Assembly: GCA_951406725.2 (NCBI GenBank)
Contig: OX597815.1
Location: forward strand, 104,966,001 to 105,030,000
Direction: 5' to 3'
DNA: 64,000 bases
Origin: Octopus vulgaris
Taxonomy: Eukaryota
A program made the translations under genes and the position numbers. The notes beneath the pieces are model-generated. The model saw only the letters and a list, made by a program, of their open reading frames with translations, ran no database searches and was not told where the DNA came from. Positions 37,929 to 54,204 of this stretch are shown in pieces (position 1 is the first letter of the stretch; each line of letters starts with the position of its first letter).

Positions 37929-40193
37929 AATACATGTGAGTTTGTGTGAGTGTTGGAAATACATTGTTTCTCATATACGCATACATACGCACGTGGCTTT
38001 TTCCTTCTTGATTATTTTGTCTTATATTGGTGCAGTGAAAGAGTTGAAACAAAACTGGGATGATGCTCTATAGTGTTTAATCGAAACCGGATCATGTGCA
38101 CAGGGCAAGTTACACCATTTTCCAGCCAAGCAGTATTTTACCATGATAACTAGTTCACAATTTACAATGAATGCTGTTACGTTTCTACAACATTCATATC
38201 ATTGTTTCTAACATTATTTTTATAATAATGTCTCATTACTTTATCCGAAAAGTATAGTCATTAAATTGCATTGACACATTCTCATTTCAGTACATATTTC
38301 ATGTATATTTCTGTTTCTTCAGTCATTCTTTCATATTGAATAACGTTTTCATATTGGCCATTCTTCTAGACTCCAGTCACTACAAATTATTAACATCCTT
38401 TCATATCACTTTCTTTCCTCTTACATTACTCTTCCATCCAATTGGAAAAATTAATAAATTAATTAATTAATTAAATAAACTATATTAAAAAACTGTATGT
38501 CTTTGATTTTCAGGTAACAAATAATCTACTGAAAATTCCCAATTTCATATCCCCATTTTTTCTCTAATCATTGTTAGAATAATTATCTAGCTTTCAAAGT
38601 CATGTCGGGTGTTACATACATACATATATACATACATACATACATACATACATACTTACATACATAAACGAAACACAGAGATATGCATACGCATATATAC
38701 TTACATATACACTTACATACACACTCAATATATATTTGCATACATCCGTGACCAACTAAAGAAATAGCAGGAGTCAAAGTGTCCATTTGCTAGCATCAAA
38801 CTTCGTTCAAATTCCATCCGTGCTGTGAGTAAATACGTTTCCTTTTCACATGCATATTTTGAAAATGAAGTTGTATAGACAGAAGGGTTTTTTTTACAAC
38901 GAGTATACGTCAGTAATGTGACTTTCATGTTTTAACGAGTTATATTTTAAATTAAAACAATGGAATGTCAGTTAATAATAATTTAAGAAAAATCTTCAGC
39001 TAAAATGTCCTTCAATTATTCTAATACCTCGTCAGTATATATATACCACGGAAATCAATTAAAATATGCGCGAAGAAACTTGAATATTGTAGTCCAGTAT
39101 AAAGGCAGGATGTTCTTGGCTAACAACACTAACAATATTATGTTCGCTCTACTCAAGACCGACAAACAGTAAAATGTGAGTTGGTCTTCAGATTATTTTT
39201 CCATTTAAGCATACATTTAATTTTCAAACCTAGGAAATAGTTTAGTTCTAATTAGTTACTGATTGAATATAAGAGCGAGTCTTATAGTAATACTCACATA
39301 TCAGGAGCTGGACTGCTGCTGTTCACAGCCAAGACATGCATGCATGCGCACACGCACACATACTCACCACACACACGTATCTTGTCCTTAATATACAAGT
39401 GAACACGTCCTCTTCATCTCCCTACAAAAGTCCTATCTCAATCGTCATAAAAAGGGATGATGGCAAAGAAAGATATCGCACTTGAAAATGAAATTGTTTC
39501 ATTTAGAAAGTGCATTGCTGAATCGCAGATGATTGATTTTGTGGGAAATTTACTAAGCATTGTTATTTCGTACCATCCAGGACTGCCACATTATGTTGAC
39601 AAATAATCTTTACTTTACTGTATATAATAATACTGAGCTCCCTTCACGAGACACGTGACGATCGGCTTGAAATCAGAAAAGTATTGGAATATACGGTATG
39701 GACACTGAAACGCTGAAAGACAAAGCTAACATCGATTCTGATACTATACGTTTCTGCGCGACACAGAATAAGACAACATTGTGCTTTATATGTTAATGGT
39801 TCCACGACTACCACTAACCATTGACTTCATAGAAATACTGAGAATTTAAAATTCTTTCTTTTGTGACTTTTGAAAACAAATTTAGGAACGAATAAGATAT
39901 CAATACACATATATACTTAATATGTATCATATACACACAGTATGTATGTAAGTATGTATGTATGTATGTATGTATGTATGTATGTATGTATGTATGTATG
40001 TACATACACACATTGAGCTACATGCAGATATGCAGCCATGTGTATTCAGACACTGGCAAACATACAAACGTATTCCCTTTATAAGTGTGTGTGTGTGTAC
40101 TTACATACACACACATACACGCGCGCACACATATATATGTGTTCGAGCCTATATATATACATAAATGTACAACTGCATTTACATACACTCTCA

Positions 40194-40276
<83 letters not shown>

Positions 40277-40622
40277 CATGTACATATTAAGATGTATGCA
40301 AATATATAATCTGTGGATTAAATAGCTATTTCATATTTTTATCACATATACATAAATTTATATATTTATGCGCGTGACAATGTGCAAGCATGCATTTATA
40401 AATCTACCTATACTCTTATATAGAAATTCCGTTATATAAGTTCATTAATATAACCAGCTTAACTCTACCTAGCTCACTCAACTTGCAAGTCCTTCTGCAT
40501 GGTTGGATTGTATTTTCTTCAATATCAAATTCATCGTTCTCCTTCAAAAGTAACATCTAATATTGCTACAGTAACAGATTTCTCTCCTGGTATCAGTTTT
40601 CTGTCTGTACCGGACAACTGTA

Positions 40623-40694
40623 CCATTGTATTACACATATGCCATTGTATTACACATATGCCATTGTATTACACATATGCCATTGTATTACACA
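40623..40694. repeat. Perfect 19-bp minisatellite (ccattgtattacacatatg), about 3.8 copies
   Basis: Directly visible. Confidence 0.95.
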
Positions 40695-41967
40695 ACTCCT
40701 CAAGTACCACTCCTGAAGTACCACAAAACCATCTCTCATCATAAAATTCGTTAACCCTATTTCCTAAACACGTTCATATTTCTCTTTAGCTTGTTTTCCA
40801 GTACTTCTAGTTATTTCAGAAATGTACGTACTTTTTCTTTCCTGACGACTCATTTTGTTCGTGCTTTATTGATCTTTCTTTTGATGCAGAGTGACAGGTA
40901 GGGGATTACAGAGGAATGAGTTTCAATGAGTTTTTATGGCAGAGTTATATGAGGACAGAATATCAATTTTGTAGTTACTTTTAAATCAAAACATTAAACA
41001 AAGCGATGTCAAATTCAGAATTGGTCCTTTACAAAAACTAAAGTACACTCAACTATGTAATATTGTTTCTATATCTGAAATATTTCATTACTTTGCAAAT
41101 CCCTCATTCGATCACTACCTTGCTTTTAAATTATCGCACTTCTAATCACAACTACTAAGCCCTCTAGAGTTATGAAACCGAATTCTCCTCAATCAGTCTT
41201 TCGGGTGAGAGATATATTTGATTGTTGATGCTTTATTGAACTATGTTACCAAACTCCCTTACTCAGTCCATCAGTACCTTTAACAGAGATGGAAAACATA
41301 TTTCAGAGAAATTTAATTTAATGATCTCTCTTTTATTTATTTATTATTATTATTTTTATCTACCATTAAGTATTCGGATTATTTTTTAATTCAAAGAGCA
41401 ATGGAGCCAGAGAACTGATAAATAACTGAGTGAAAGAGATTTCAGCAGAAACTTTGATTTTCATAGACCTGAATTCAAATCACTAAAGGTGACGACAAGG
41501 AAGGAGACTCCATAACACTTATTTGTACCTCCGCAACTGGGTAGAAAGTCAGAAGCATTTCTCACGCCAGACCCTAGACACGAATGCCTGCAACATACTG
41601 AACGCTATTTTAGAAACCCAAGTACCAAGTGATGGTGTTGAATCACCTGCTGGATTAAGTCTACCACCCAGCTTACTATAATTGCAAAATATCTATAGCG
41701 ACCTTTCCAGTCAACTATACAACGTATCTACGTAATTATATGTAGCAAGGCTACAATTATACAGCGAGGTGGTAAAAAGTAAAGAAATATCCGGTAGGCT
41801 TAGCTTTCACTTGAATAACGGCTATATTCATTTTACTTATTTCATGAGATCAATATAAAAACACTTTGGTTATAATTAAAATTATACTTGAACTTCTGCT
41901 TACAAGATGTCATTATGAGTTTCAACAGAGATAGAGTTAACCAACATACAAATAGACAAAATATCAT

Positions 41968-42015
<48 letters not shown>

Positions 42016-42137
42016 ACACACATACACACACACATACACACACATACACACACACACATACACACACACACACACACACAGATACTATCAGAATCCAAGG
42101 AGATTCGTGCGGTATATATATATATATATATCGTTAG

Positions 42138-42963
42138 CTAGCAGTATAACCCAGCCTTGCCCGGGATTAAGTTACGATTATTAAGCTAATCAAGTTCTTT
42201 ATTTCAAACCAAACTAACTAATATCGACTCTCAAAAAAACACTGTTTTACTCGGCGTAAAATAAAGACAAAACTCTTTCGCACCCAAAGTAATGTGTGTG
42301 AGAGAGAGAGGGGGAAAGATGAACGATTTAAAATAAATATATAGTAATTGTTGTGTGAGAAAGTATATATATATACTATGATTACAAAATATAGTGTCTT
42401 TCAAAAACATCCTGAATTTGAACACTATATCCCGTGTTTAAGAAAAAAACAAAACATTTTACATTTAATTTTTTCTGAACATCGTCACTTACTCTCTCTC
42501 TTCCTCTCTCTATCTCTCACTTTGTCTTTCCCTTTCTTTGTTTAGACGCCGTGAAACTCTCTTCCACTTTACTTCATCTTATTTTTTTTGTTAGGCGCCG
42601 TCAAAAAGCTATGGCTGATATTTTTTATGAACGTCGTCACTTACTCTCTCTCTCTCTCTCACTTTGTCTTTCCCGTGAAACTCTCTGCCCCTCTTCCACT
42701 TTTCTTTCTTTTTTTTTAGACGCCGTCAAAAAGCTATGGCTGATATTTTTATGGCTAAAAGCTATGGCTGAAAATAGAATTTTACCGCTATCTGTGGGTG
42801 CCTCGGGAAAAAAATAAGTTGAAAAAACGCAGATAGGATGTTGACGAATGTCCTCCTAAAATTTGAGCGACATGCGTGATAATTTGTGGATGTGCATAAA
42901 CTACAATCACGTACACACGCACATACACACACACACACACATCTTGCCTTATATATATACAGA
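42138..42963 (-). mobile_element. Non-autonomous Helitron
   Basis: Minus strand begins A|TCtgtatatatataaggc and ends with hairpin cccgggcaaggctggg then ttatactgCTAG. Short internal duplications at 42470-42770. Confidence 0.75.
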
Positions 42964-43165
42964 TACAAAAACTAAGAAAAAACAAGGAAAAACGACAACG
43001 TGAGGACGTGGTACATGCAAAGTATTAGCAGACGCTCAGGGAAGGAAAGAAAGTTTTACGTTTTGAGCAAAGCTCTCCTTCGGAAACAGGACACAGAGGA
43101 AAGTCAAAGAGAAAAGGAAGACGGAAGAAAAAAATCACCAACGATTCATATGTGGTTACATTTTC
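42964..43165 (-). mobile_element. Copy of the short minimal-hammerhead element family, degenerate core
   Basis: Reverse complement gtttCCGAAGGagagctttgctcAAAAcgTAaaac; aligns with 59845-60030. Confidence 0.65.
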
Positions 43166-43199
<34 letters not shown>

Positions 43200-43539
43200 A
43201 CATATATATACATATATATATAAACAGCAGTTTGAAGTGTTTCACCAAAAGGGAGAATTATAATTGTCACTAAATGTGACTAGGGTGTTAGAAAACACCT
43301 AATTTGCTACAAATAAAAGTTAAAGGGCTCTAATATAATACATTCCCCTATTCAGTGTAAAAGTAATTCCGTGGAACAAGAGGTGGCTATGAGAAATGCA
43401 TAGCTCGGGTGTGTAATAAAGAGATGAAAGATGGACAAACTCGTACATATGCAATTATATTATTTATGCCATTTATAAAAGATGTCCCTTTATATATATA
43501 AATCAGTCTTTATCATAAGCTAGTAGAAAAATACGGCAA

Positions 43540-44650
43540 CCTATACTCACTCTACATAGAAAATACCTGGAAGAATATATGGATGAATGTTTCATTCTTT
43601 GGCATGAAAGTATAGAGAAAAACATAAAGAATTTCAAGTACTTATAAATGGACTTCACATAAACATTCAATTTACAATGGAATATAGCTTTCAACAACTT
43701 CCATTCTTCGGCATGCTCATTAAGAAATCCAACTACTTAATAGAAACATATATACTATAAGCCCACGGAAATCCAAGCAATATCTACCGTTCAACTCATG
43801 CCCAGACACACAAGAATGAATATCTCTTTCAACCTAGCAAAAAGAATTTGTACTATAGTTTCGAATACAGACACCAGGGACACACGACCACATGAACTAA
43901 AGGATACATTCATACCAGGAAATACCCAGCATCACTAATTGATATAGGCTTTCACGTGCTCTACAACTCAATATCCACGAACTCAGACATCCCAAACTAA
44001 AGATTTACAACCAAAAGCCCTACCATACATCTCCACACACAACCCCCTTAACAATGAAGCCTTCGACAGCATCCCCCAGAACATTCCCCTACTAAAAAGA
44101 GACCACAGAATGAATTTAATCCTCCAAACACACACCATCATAAAGAGAAAAAGACAGCGCAAATCTATGGAAAGTCTCCTAACACAAGTCCAAGAAAACT
44201 CAACAAAATTACTGAAACCGTCAGTAAAAAAAAATGCGGAAGACCTAACTGTGGTATACGCGTCAACCTAATTGAGGGATGAGAGCTGTCTTGCAAACAA
44301 ATTGAACGTTTCACAGTGAAATATAATTTTACATGTGCTTCAAAAAGCCTAATATATGTATTAACTTGCTTAGGGTGTCGAGAGCAATACAAAGACCAAA
44401 TCAAAACCAGTCTACGTCAAAGGATGACTCTACATAGATCCCAGATCAAAATTCGGGAAAAATAGCATTCAGCTAACACATCGACATTTACGTCACTAAT
44501 GAACAACCTAACTTCAGAATTTTTCCCCTCTATAAATTCAGGGACGATGCAACCTATAATCAGCGCATTAGCTAGCAAAGAGTCATATTTTATCACAAAA
44601 TATAAATCCCATTTTAATGCGCCCACCACAAATGACACTACTAGAAGGTC
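43540..44650 (+). mobile_element. Degenerate Penelope-like element (RT C-terminus and GIY-YIG endonuclease remnants)
   Basis: Frame-broken translation: KQYLPFNSCP, RMNISFNLAKRICTIVS, LPYISTHNP, KCGRPNCG, FTCASKSLIYVLTCLGCREQY, LRQRMTLHRSQI. Confidence 0.8.
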
Positions 44651-45110
44651 TTAGAATAATACCCACGCAAATATTAAAAACGATGCATTCAAAACAGGCA
44701 CTACCCATGAATTAATTCAGAACAATTCCAATCACTACTGTTACAATCACAAGTCACTCTTAGGTCACTTCACCATTTAAGAGAATTCCACTATCCTACT
44801 ACTGTCATCCCACTCCCGTATTTTTCTTATTCTTTCTCTTCTTTTCCTACTACCTCTTCTTCATCCTCTTCTTCTTCTTCTTCTTCTTCTTCTTCTTCTT
44901 CTTCTTCTTCTTCTTCTTCTTCTTCTTCTTCTTCCCCGCCTCCTTCATCGGCTACACCTAATTTTCAATTAGAACAGACGGTGTGTTCACAGCTTGATGA
45001 TTGCTTGGAGACACAAGTGTGTTCTAAAACAAAATTGCTTGGACACATATTTCCATAGCAAGAAGCTATTAGTATTCGCATTTTTACACTGCGCACATGA
45101 AATGTGATAG

Positions 45111-45147
<37 letters not shown>

Positions 45148-45210
45148 CATACATATATGTATGTATATACATACATATACGCATACATATACATACACAC
45201 ATATGTGTAC

Positions 45211-45249
<39 letters not shown>

Positions 45250-45340
45250 TTCATATATATATACATATATACATACACACATATTTATTTATTCATATAT
45301 ATATATATATTTATATATTTATATATATATATGGCTATTT

Positions 45341-45438
45341 TGTACAGAGCCTGAAGATTGCTCAGGAACAAGAGACGTGTTTTTAAATCTTGCCTAGACT
45401 ACTTCTGTAGTGCATGAAACTATTAGTAGCTGTGTACA
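45341..45438 (+). ncRNA. Type I hammerhead ribozyme with long branched stem II, probably in the Penelope pseudo-LTR
   Basis: Stem I tgtacagagc/gctgtgtaca (9 of 10 pairs). CTGAAGA 45351-45357, GAAA 45416-45419, stem III ct-att-ag, GTA cleavage triplet ending at 45428. Confidence 0.8.
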
Positions 45439-45568
45439 TTAAATAACATTTATCACTAACTGGATGGAGTAATTTTTTTTATTGATCCTACATTAATAGA
45501 TCAGTTAACTGTTTATATATATATATATGTATATATATAACCATTGCTTGCATTAATGCATATAGATA

Positions 45569-45619
<51 letters not shown>

Positions 45620-45659
45620 TATACATACAGACAAACAAACAGACAGACAGCAAGTAGGC

Positions 45660-45736
<77 letters not shown>

Positions 45737-46188
45737 CCTATTTTCTATATACCTATATGATTCTTGACTTATCTTGTCAGATGGTGGCCGTCTCATTGAT
45801 GAGACACTTATAGATCGTGGGATTACAGTATAACACTCAAGTCACAATTTAAGTTCGCTCAGGTAAGCATCCAGAGATAAGGAAGACCAAGAATATCGAA
45901 ATTATTTCAACTGCAGATGTTATATCTGAAAACCTTATCCAAGTTTAAGGATACGCATAAGTCATTAGGGATTTTATTTATTTATACTCGTTCCAAGCTG
46001 TTTCATTATCCACCTATCTTGCTTTTCCTATGCCCTATGTAAACGGGCATACACGTACCCATACACGCACACATATACACCTGTACATTAACAAATACAT
46101 AAACAGCTTCTATGACTTAATATATAAGACTTAACTTATTAGAAATAAGGGATATATATTATATTATATTATATTATTCTATATATAT

Positions 46189-46255
<67 letters not shown>

Positions 46256-46311
46256 TATATATACATACATACATATACATACATACATACATACATACAT
46301 ACATACATACA

Positions 46312-46347
<36 letters not shown>

Positions 46348-46351
46348 TATA

Positions 46352-48547
<2,196 letters not shown>

Positions 48548-48934
48548 GTGGGGTGGCTTATTATATTTATGTGTAATGTTTATGTGTATACACACGCATT
48601 CACGCTCACACATATATACATGCTTCTGCGCATTACTGAACCGTATATCAGTCTTCCACGGGCGTCTCTGATAGTATATCTGTTTATCTATGTGATAGAT
48701 AATCAAGTAATGTCCAACGGCCCTAAAGATGCCAGGTTCAGAGAGAGAGAAAGGGAGAGAGAGTGAGAATTGAACTAACGGCTGTACGTCCCAGTTACTA
48801 TAATCATAAATTCCAAAAAGACAGAATGTAATGTTTAATGCAACGAATAACAGCCTACATCGTATCCATCATTATTAACGATTCTGTCTATTCTCCTTAC
48901 ATGTGTGTGTATGTACTCATGTTAATATATATAT

Positions 48935-49371
48935 ATATTATATTATATTAAATTAGAGACAAAACCACTATTAGGCAAATCATACAATGAAAAACTTAAG
49001 CCAATACATAAGATTATTTAATTTATATTATTTAAATATATAACAAAATTATTTTAAAAATATTGTTTAAACCTCGCCAAGATAAATATTTAAACTACCT
49101 GATGAATGACTGTAACTCGAAAATTTAAAGAAATTAACAGCCATGAAACGATCGTAGTGATATATTAATTATATTTTTTTTAATAATTTTGTTATATATT
49201 TAAATAATATAAATTAAATAATCTTATGTATTGGCTTAAGTTTTTCATTGTATGATTTGCCTAATAGTAGTTTTGTCTCTAATTTAATACAATATAATAT
49301 TTTACTATAAAATTGGATTCAATCCTAAATCTGATTTTTCCCTGTAAGTTTGGATTTATTCCCTAATATTT

Positions 49372-49375
<4 letters not shown>
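48935..49375 (+). mobile_element. Penelope-type pseudo-LTR with a 5' inverted segment (arms 48935-49063 / 49171-49300)
   Basis: Near-perfect ~130-bp inverted repeat enclosing a hammerhead motif; flanked by (TA)n. Confidence 0.75.
49096..49159 (+). ncRNA. Type I hammerhead ribozyme with canonical core and palindromic stem III
   Basis: tac-CTGATGA-atgactgt...acagccat-GAAA-cgatcg-TA-gtg. ACGATCGT is self-complementary. Confidence 0.78.
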
Positions 49376-49425
<50 letters not shown>

Positions 49426-50325
49426 TATGTTGCGCACATACCCACTTCCGTGTGCACACAAACACACACTTACATACATACGCACACGGGCATGCATATA
49501 TATGCGCGAATTGGGTGTGTATACACCATTTCATATAAATGTTAGATGTCCCTTAAATAGGTGTTTCCGTGGGATCTTTAGATCACGGCATAAACACCGT
49601 CACCTATATTTAGACCATGTTTTTTTCTTACACATTAACATTTATATCCAATTTTATTGATTTATGATTGAATGAAAGCCCATGTTATATAGCTTTACTA
49701 TTCCAGTCTTATAGAAAACACTGTTTCAGATTTATATGAAATCTCTTTTACTGTAGTACATTAGAACACATTTTCTTCCCCTGTTGTTTATTTCGCTAAT
49801 GTATAACGAGTAGTCATTCTTTCGATATTGCCGTTGTTCTTCATTCAGCATTAGAATTAACAAAATATATTATAATTCTGAAGCCAATAAGTGACCAAAA
49901 ATTAATCGATATCCGGATTCTCACCAATCTCGGACATTTCAATTAAATAATATATGTCAATATACAGATATAGCAGCGGATGTGTACTGCTCAATGATCG
50001 ATGAGAACAGGTCTGAATCTATGTTTTGTGTTTTGCCAACCGCAGAAACTAGGCATGTACGTCGACTCTGACTCACAATATGTTGAAAGAAAATCTTGCA
50101 CACAAAGTATATTAGTTTTCACAAAACTATATCAGCTCTAACCAGGACTGTATTGTAGAAATTCATACAGTTGCAACGTTAATCAGAAGGCAGTCCCCCA
50201 AACCAAATCTTTTCCAGATTTCTATATTTACCAATTTATCATTTAGAATGCATTAGTTACTGAGATTCTCATTGCATGTCTTGTTTAAATGATACGCACG
50301 TATCATATACATTGTATCCATTATA

Positions 50326-50370
<45 letters not shown>

Positions 50371-51799
50371 TAAATATACATGTCTCAAAGGATTTTTAAC
50401 AGTGTACGTAACTTACTTTATCATATAATAGCAGCTTATACACAACTCAAAAAATCTTGGAGACTTCTAATAAGAAATTTTCAAAAATATTCTCATAACC
50501 ATAAAGGCATGATGTCACTATCTATGATTGCAAATTTGAGTAGTAAGGGATAATTCGTGAGCTATTATGAAGAGAATATTCATAGTAAATAATAAATATC
50601 AATAACTTTATTTTGTTATTTGTAATTAGCCACTGCTAATTAGAGACAGTTTATTTATACAGAACAAATTTTACTTTCTGTTTTTGCAATCAAATCTTAA
50701 AATACACACTTATAATTTTCTGACAGTTATTTCACAAATACCTCATATTTATTTCTTTACTGCTTTTAAATGATGTGTATCACTTGAATATCTCCTTGCA
50801 GATGTAATATCAGATTGTTGTGGTGCCTAATATGAAATATCTTCAATAATAGTGAAAATGTGATTCTTCACAGCTAGTATGCATATACAGGTATCTCTGT
50901 TAATGCAGAAATGGAAGATAGAGGTGAGAAATAACCAACAGATTTATGCATGATTCAGTACGGGGTGAGATTGAGATTTCGTTAATATATTACATGTTGC
51001 CATATATTTGTTGGTTGTTTTGCTTTCAGTCTTATATACAATACATTATGATAATCATTTCCTTCTGTACGGACGAAGAGCCAGTATGTTGATGAAATTC
51101 AACTAGGAACTTGTAATTGATGAGCCTATGTGTTTTTTTGAAACGCCAGCATGACATATCAGCAATCAAACCAAAAAATTTACATGGTATGTGACAATAT
51201 TCAATATAGTTACTTTTGTTCTAATTGCATCCAATTACTATTGTATAGCTTCAAGTCAGCCTTGATTGGGGAGATACATTACTAAACTCATTCCAGCCAT
51301 GCCAAACACATATTTTTAGGAGGTATTTTGGTTTACCTCATCTAATGTATGTACGTCCATATTTTAGGACGGTGGCGTATGATTTGAATGAAATTCGCCA
51401 ATATTTCTTGCAAGTCAAGAGACCACATAGAGGCACCCACAAGTTTTATATTGTAATATTTATATTATAAAATCAAACCGTACATTTACCTAACTAATTC
51501 CTGTATCGCATGGTTATGAAATATTTTTGGTTCTTACAATGCATACAGAATTTTAAAGAATTATTCCTTGTTTTCAAGTTTTCATACGGGTATAATAGAT
51601 TGGAACTCGAAAAGCCATATTTTCAACCTTCAATTGATTCTCCATTGAAACAATTCAAATCTTTAAACAACACCCTCTTCTACTTCAAGGAACATATTCT
51701 AAAATATTCAATTTCAGTATCACACGTTTTTAAGTTCAAATCTAGTGTAAATTTACACTAGTAGTAAATTTACCTTTCACATTTTGGTATATATTTTTC

Positions 51800-51937
51800 T
51801 GAGATTCCGCCGAGGTCGACTTTGCCTTTCGGGGTCGATAAAATAAGTACTAGTTGCATATTCGGGTTGATCTAATCGACTGCCACCACCGCCCCCACCA
51901 CATCCCCGAAAAATTCGAGCCTTGTGCCTAGAGGAGA
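51800..51937 (+). mobile_element. 5'-truncated SINE of the 9200 family
   Basis: attccgccgaggtcgactttgcctttcggggtcgataaaataagtactagtt. Confidence 0.75.
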
Positions 51938-53292
51938 AAATATATTTTACTGAAATCACGTCTGCTTACGTCTTTTTTTTTCTCTTCGCCCGTTGTGCAA
52001 TACTTTTTACTTTATTATCTATCGTTCTCTGCTTCTTTCACAATTTTTCCTTTATATTATATCAACAACCATATTTCTGGTCTCTTACTTTTCCTTCTTC
52101 CTTTATCTCTCTCTCACTCTCTCTCAATCCATTTACCTTCCTTTCTCTCTATCTCTCACTGAGATGAAGGGGAGAAATGGAAGATAAGTAACTGATGAAT
52201 GTGAAAGATTGTAAATATATAAATACGTATAAATGAATAAATAATATAGAGTTGTAGGTGGTACATATTGCAAGCATAACATATAAATACATGCATGTGA
52301 TACAAAAGCAAAAGCAACAAAGAGACGGTGAAATTTGGAAACCATTGTCGTACGTAAGAATAAAATGTTGGAATTTTAAAACATGATGAGGATATATATA
52401 TATATATTACTTATTACATATTATATATCATATATCCTATGTATGTATGAGTTTGTATCTACATACACACACACGCACACATGTATATATATGTATGTAT
52501 AGGTAGGTGGATAGATAGATATATAGATAGATACATAGATGGATGGATGGATGGATGGATAGGTATACGTACCTGTGTGTGTAAGTGTGTAGGTGTCAGT
52601 GTGTGTGTGAGAGAGAGAGAGAGATTTAGATCTCTTACTATACTCAGTAATTGCTTGTTACCTGGCCATACATTATTCTTAATGACAATCGTTTTCGCAT
52701 TCAGGTAGTAATAATTAGTAAAAGAAATGGTAGTGCAAGATAGATTATATTGATCTTCGCCACTATACCCAATCAATATCATACGTTTCCTAATTAATTT
52801 GATAATTTTCTTGGCCAAATATAAGAATATTGATCTCATGGTATATTTTGAAACTTATGTTAACGCTTTTATTGGATTTGAAAGCCGTTTTGTTTCCTTT
52901 CACTTTTCTATTATCTATCAGTATAGTTTAGCTTTAATGTGTTTTTTTATTTATTTATTTGCATATTCTTAAATTCTTTTATATAATTTTACTTCTTTTC
53001 ATCATTGAAATTGGTCATACATGGACAACTCTATCAATGATTTTAGTCCATGATGTATACCCCAGTACTTATTTTAGACTTATACTGTTTTATCAATCTT
53101 TGTTAAATTGTCAATTTATCTTTTTGACGTTATAATTGCAAATAAAACCGCTAGTTTAGAATTACAAAGACAAATATAGATACACTGGGGCGGAAATACA
53201 AACAAAAAGGCGAAAACACACATACTTACACGTACACACACACACATACACACACATATATATATATAAATATAATAGATAGATAGATATAC

Positions 53293-53412
<120 letters not shown>

Positions 53413-53429
53413 TGATAGATAGATAGATA

Positions 53430-54036
53430 AGTTTCTTTATTAGCCACACAGGGCCGAACACAGATGGGACAAAATATAATGTACAGCTTTTCTTTTCGAA
53501 AATAGAAAAAACGGAGAAAAATAAAATTCCGATCAAAAGGGCTCGTGAGAAAAAAAAAACGAATAAAAGGGATCGTGTATCACAGAAAAAAATTTAAAAT
53601 GTGAAAAGCAAGATTGGAAAGAAAAGCCTACAGAAAAGACAACGGTAACCTCAGGCAAGGAGAGAATAAACACATGGGAGCAAAGTGCTCTCTCTCTCCC
53701 TCTCTCTCTCTCTCTCTTTTCGATTTACAGGATCATGCTCAAAGTGGTTTCGTCACTTGCACGCACCATCTTTGCTACATTCACCCACCTTTTATTGAAA
53801 CATTCACGAGACAAAACTTGCTTCTCTATTCTCACCTTCCTTTTCAAGTAATACTTGAAAACGTTGATGAGCGATTGACCTGAGACGTAAATGTTTGTGT
53901 TTAAACCTTGCACGATAGACTCGGCCGACGGGCGGACTCGTCCCAAACGCTACAGCATCCCTTCGGTATGAGTCCACAGGTCCGAAATGGTTGGACACTG
54001 CACGAGTACGTGCAGAACGGTTTCGTCGATCTGGCC
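53430..54036 (-). mobile_element. Tx1/L1-clade LINE 3' fragment embedded in (GATA)n
   Basis: Minus strand [21 protein letters not shown] (C-terminal zinc-knuckle half), then ...[21 protein letters not shown], a T-rich 3' UTR and aataaa. (TCTA)n on both sides. Confidence 0.75.

Positions 54037-54204
<168 letters not shown>

Noticed and set aside
40623-40694. 19-bp repeats as a CRISPR-like array
   Set aside because: Head-to-tail with no spacers, in a eukaryotic context.
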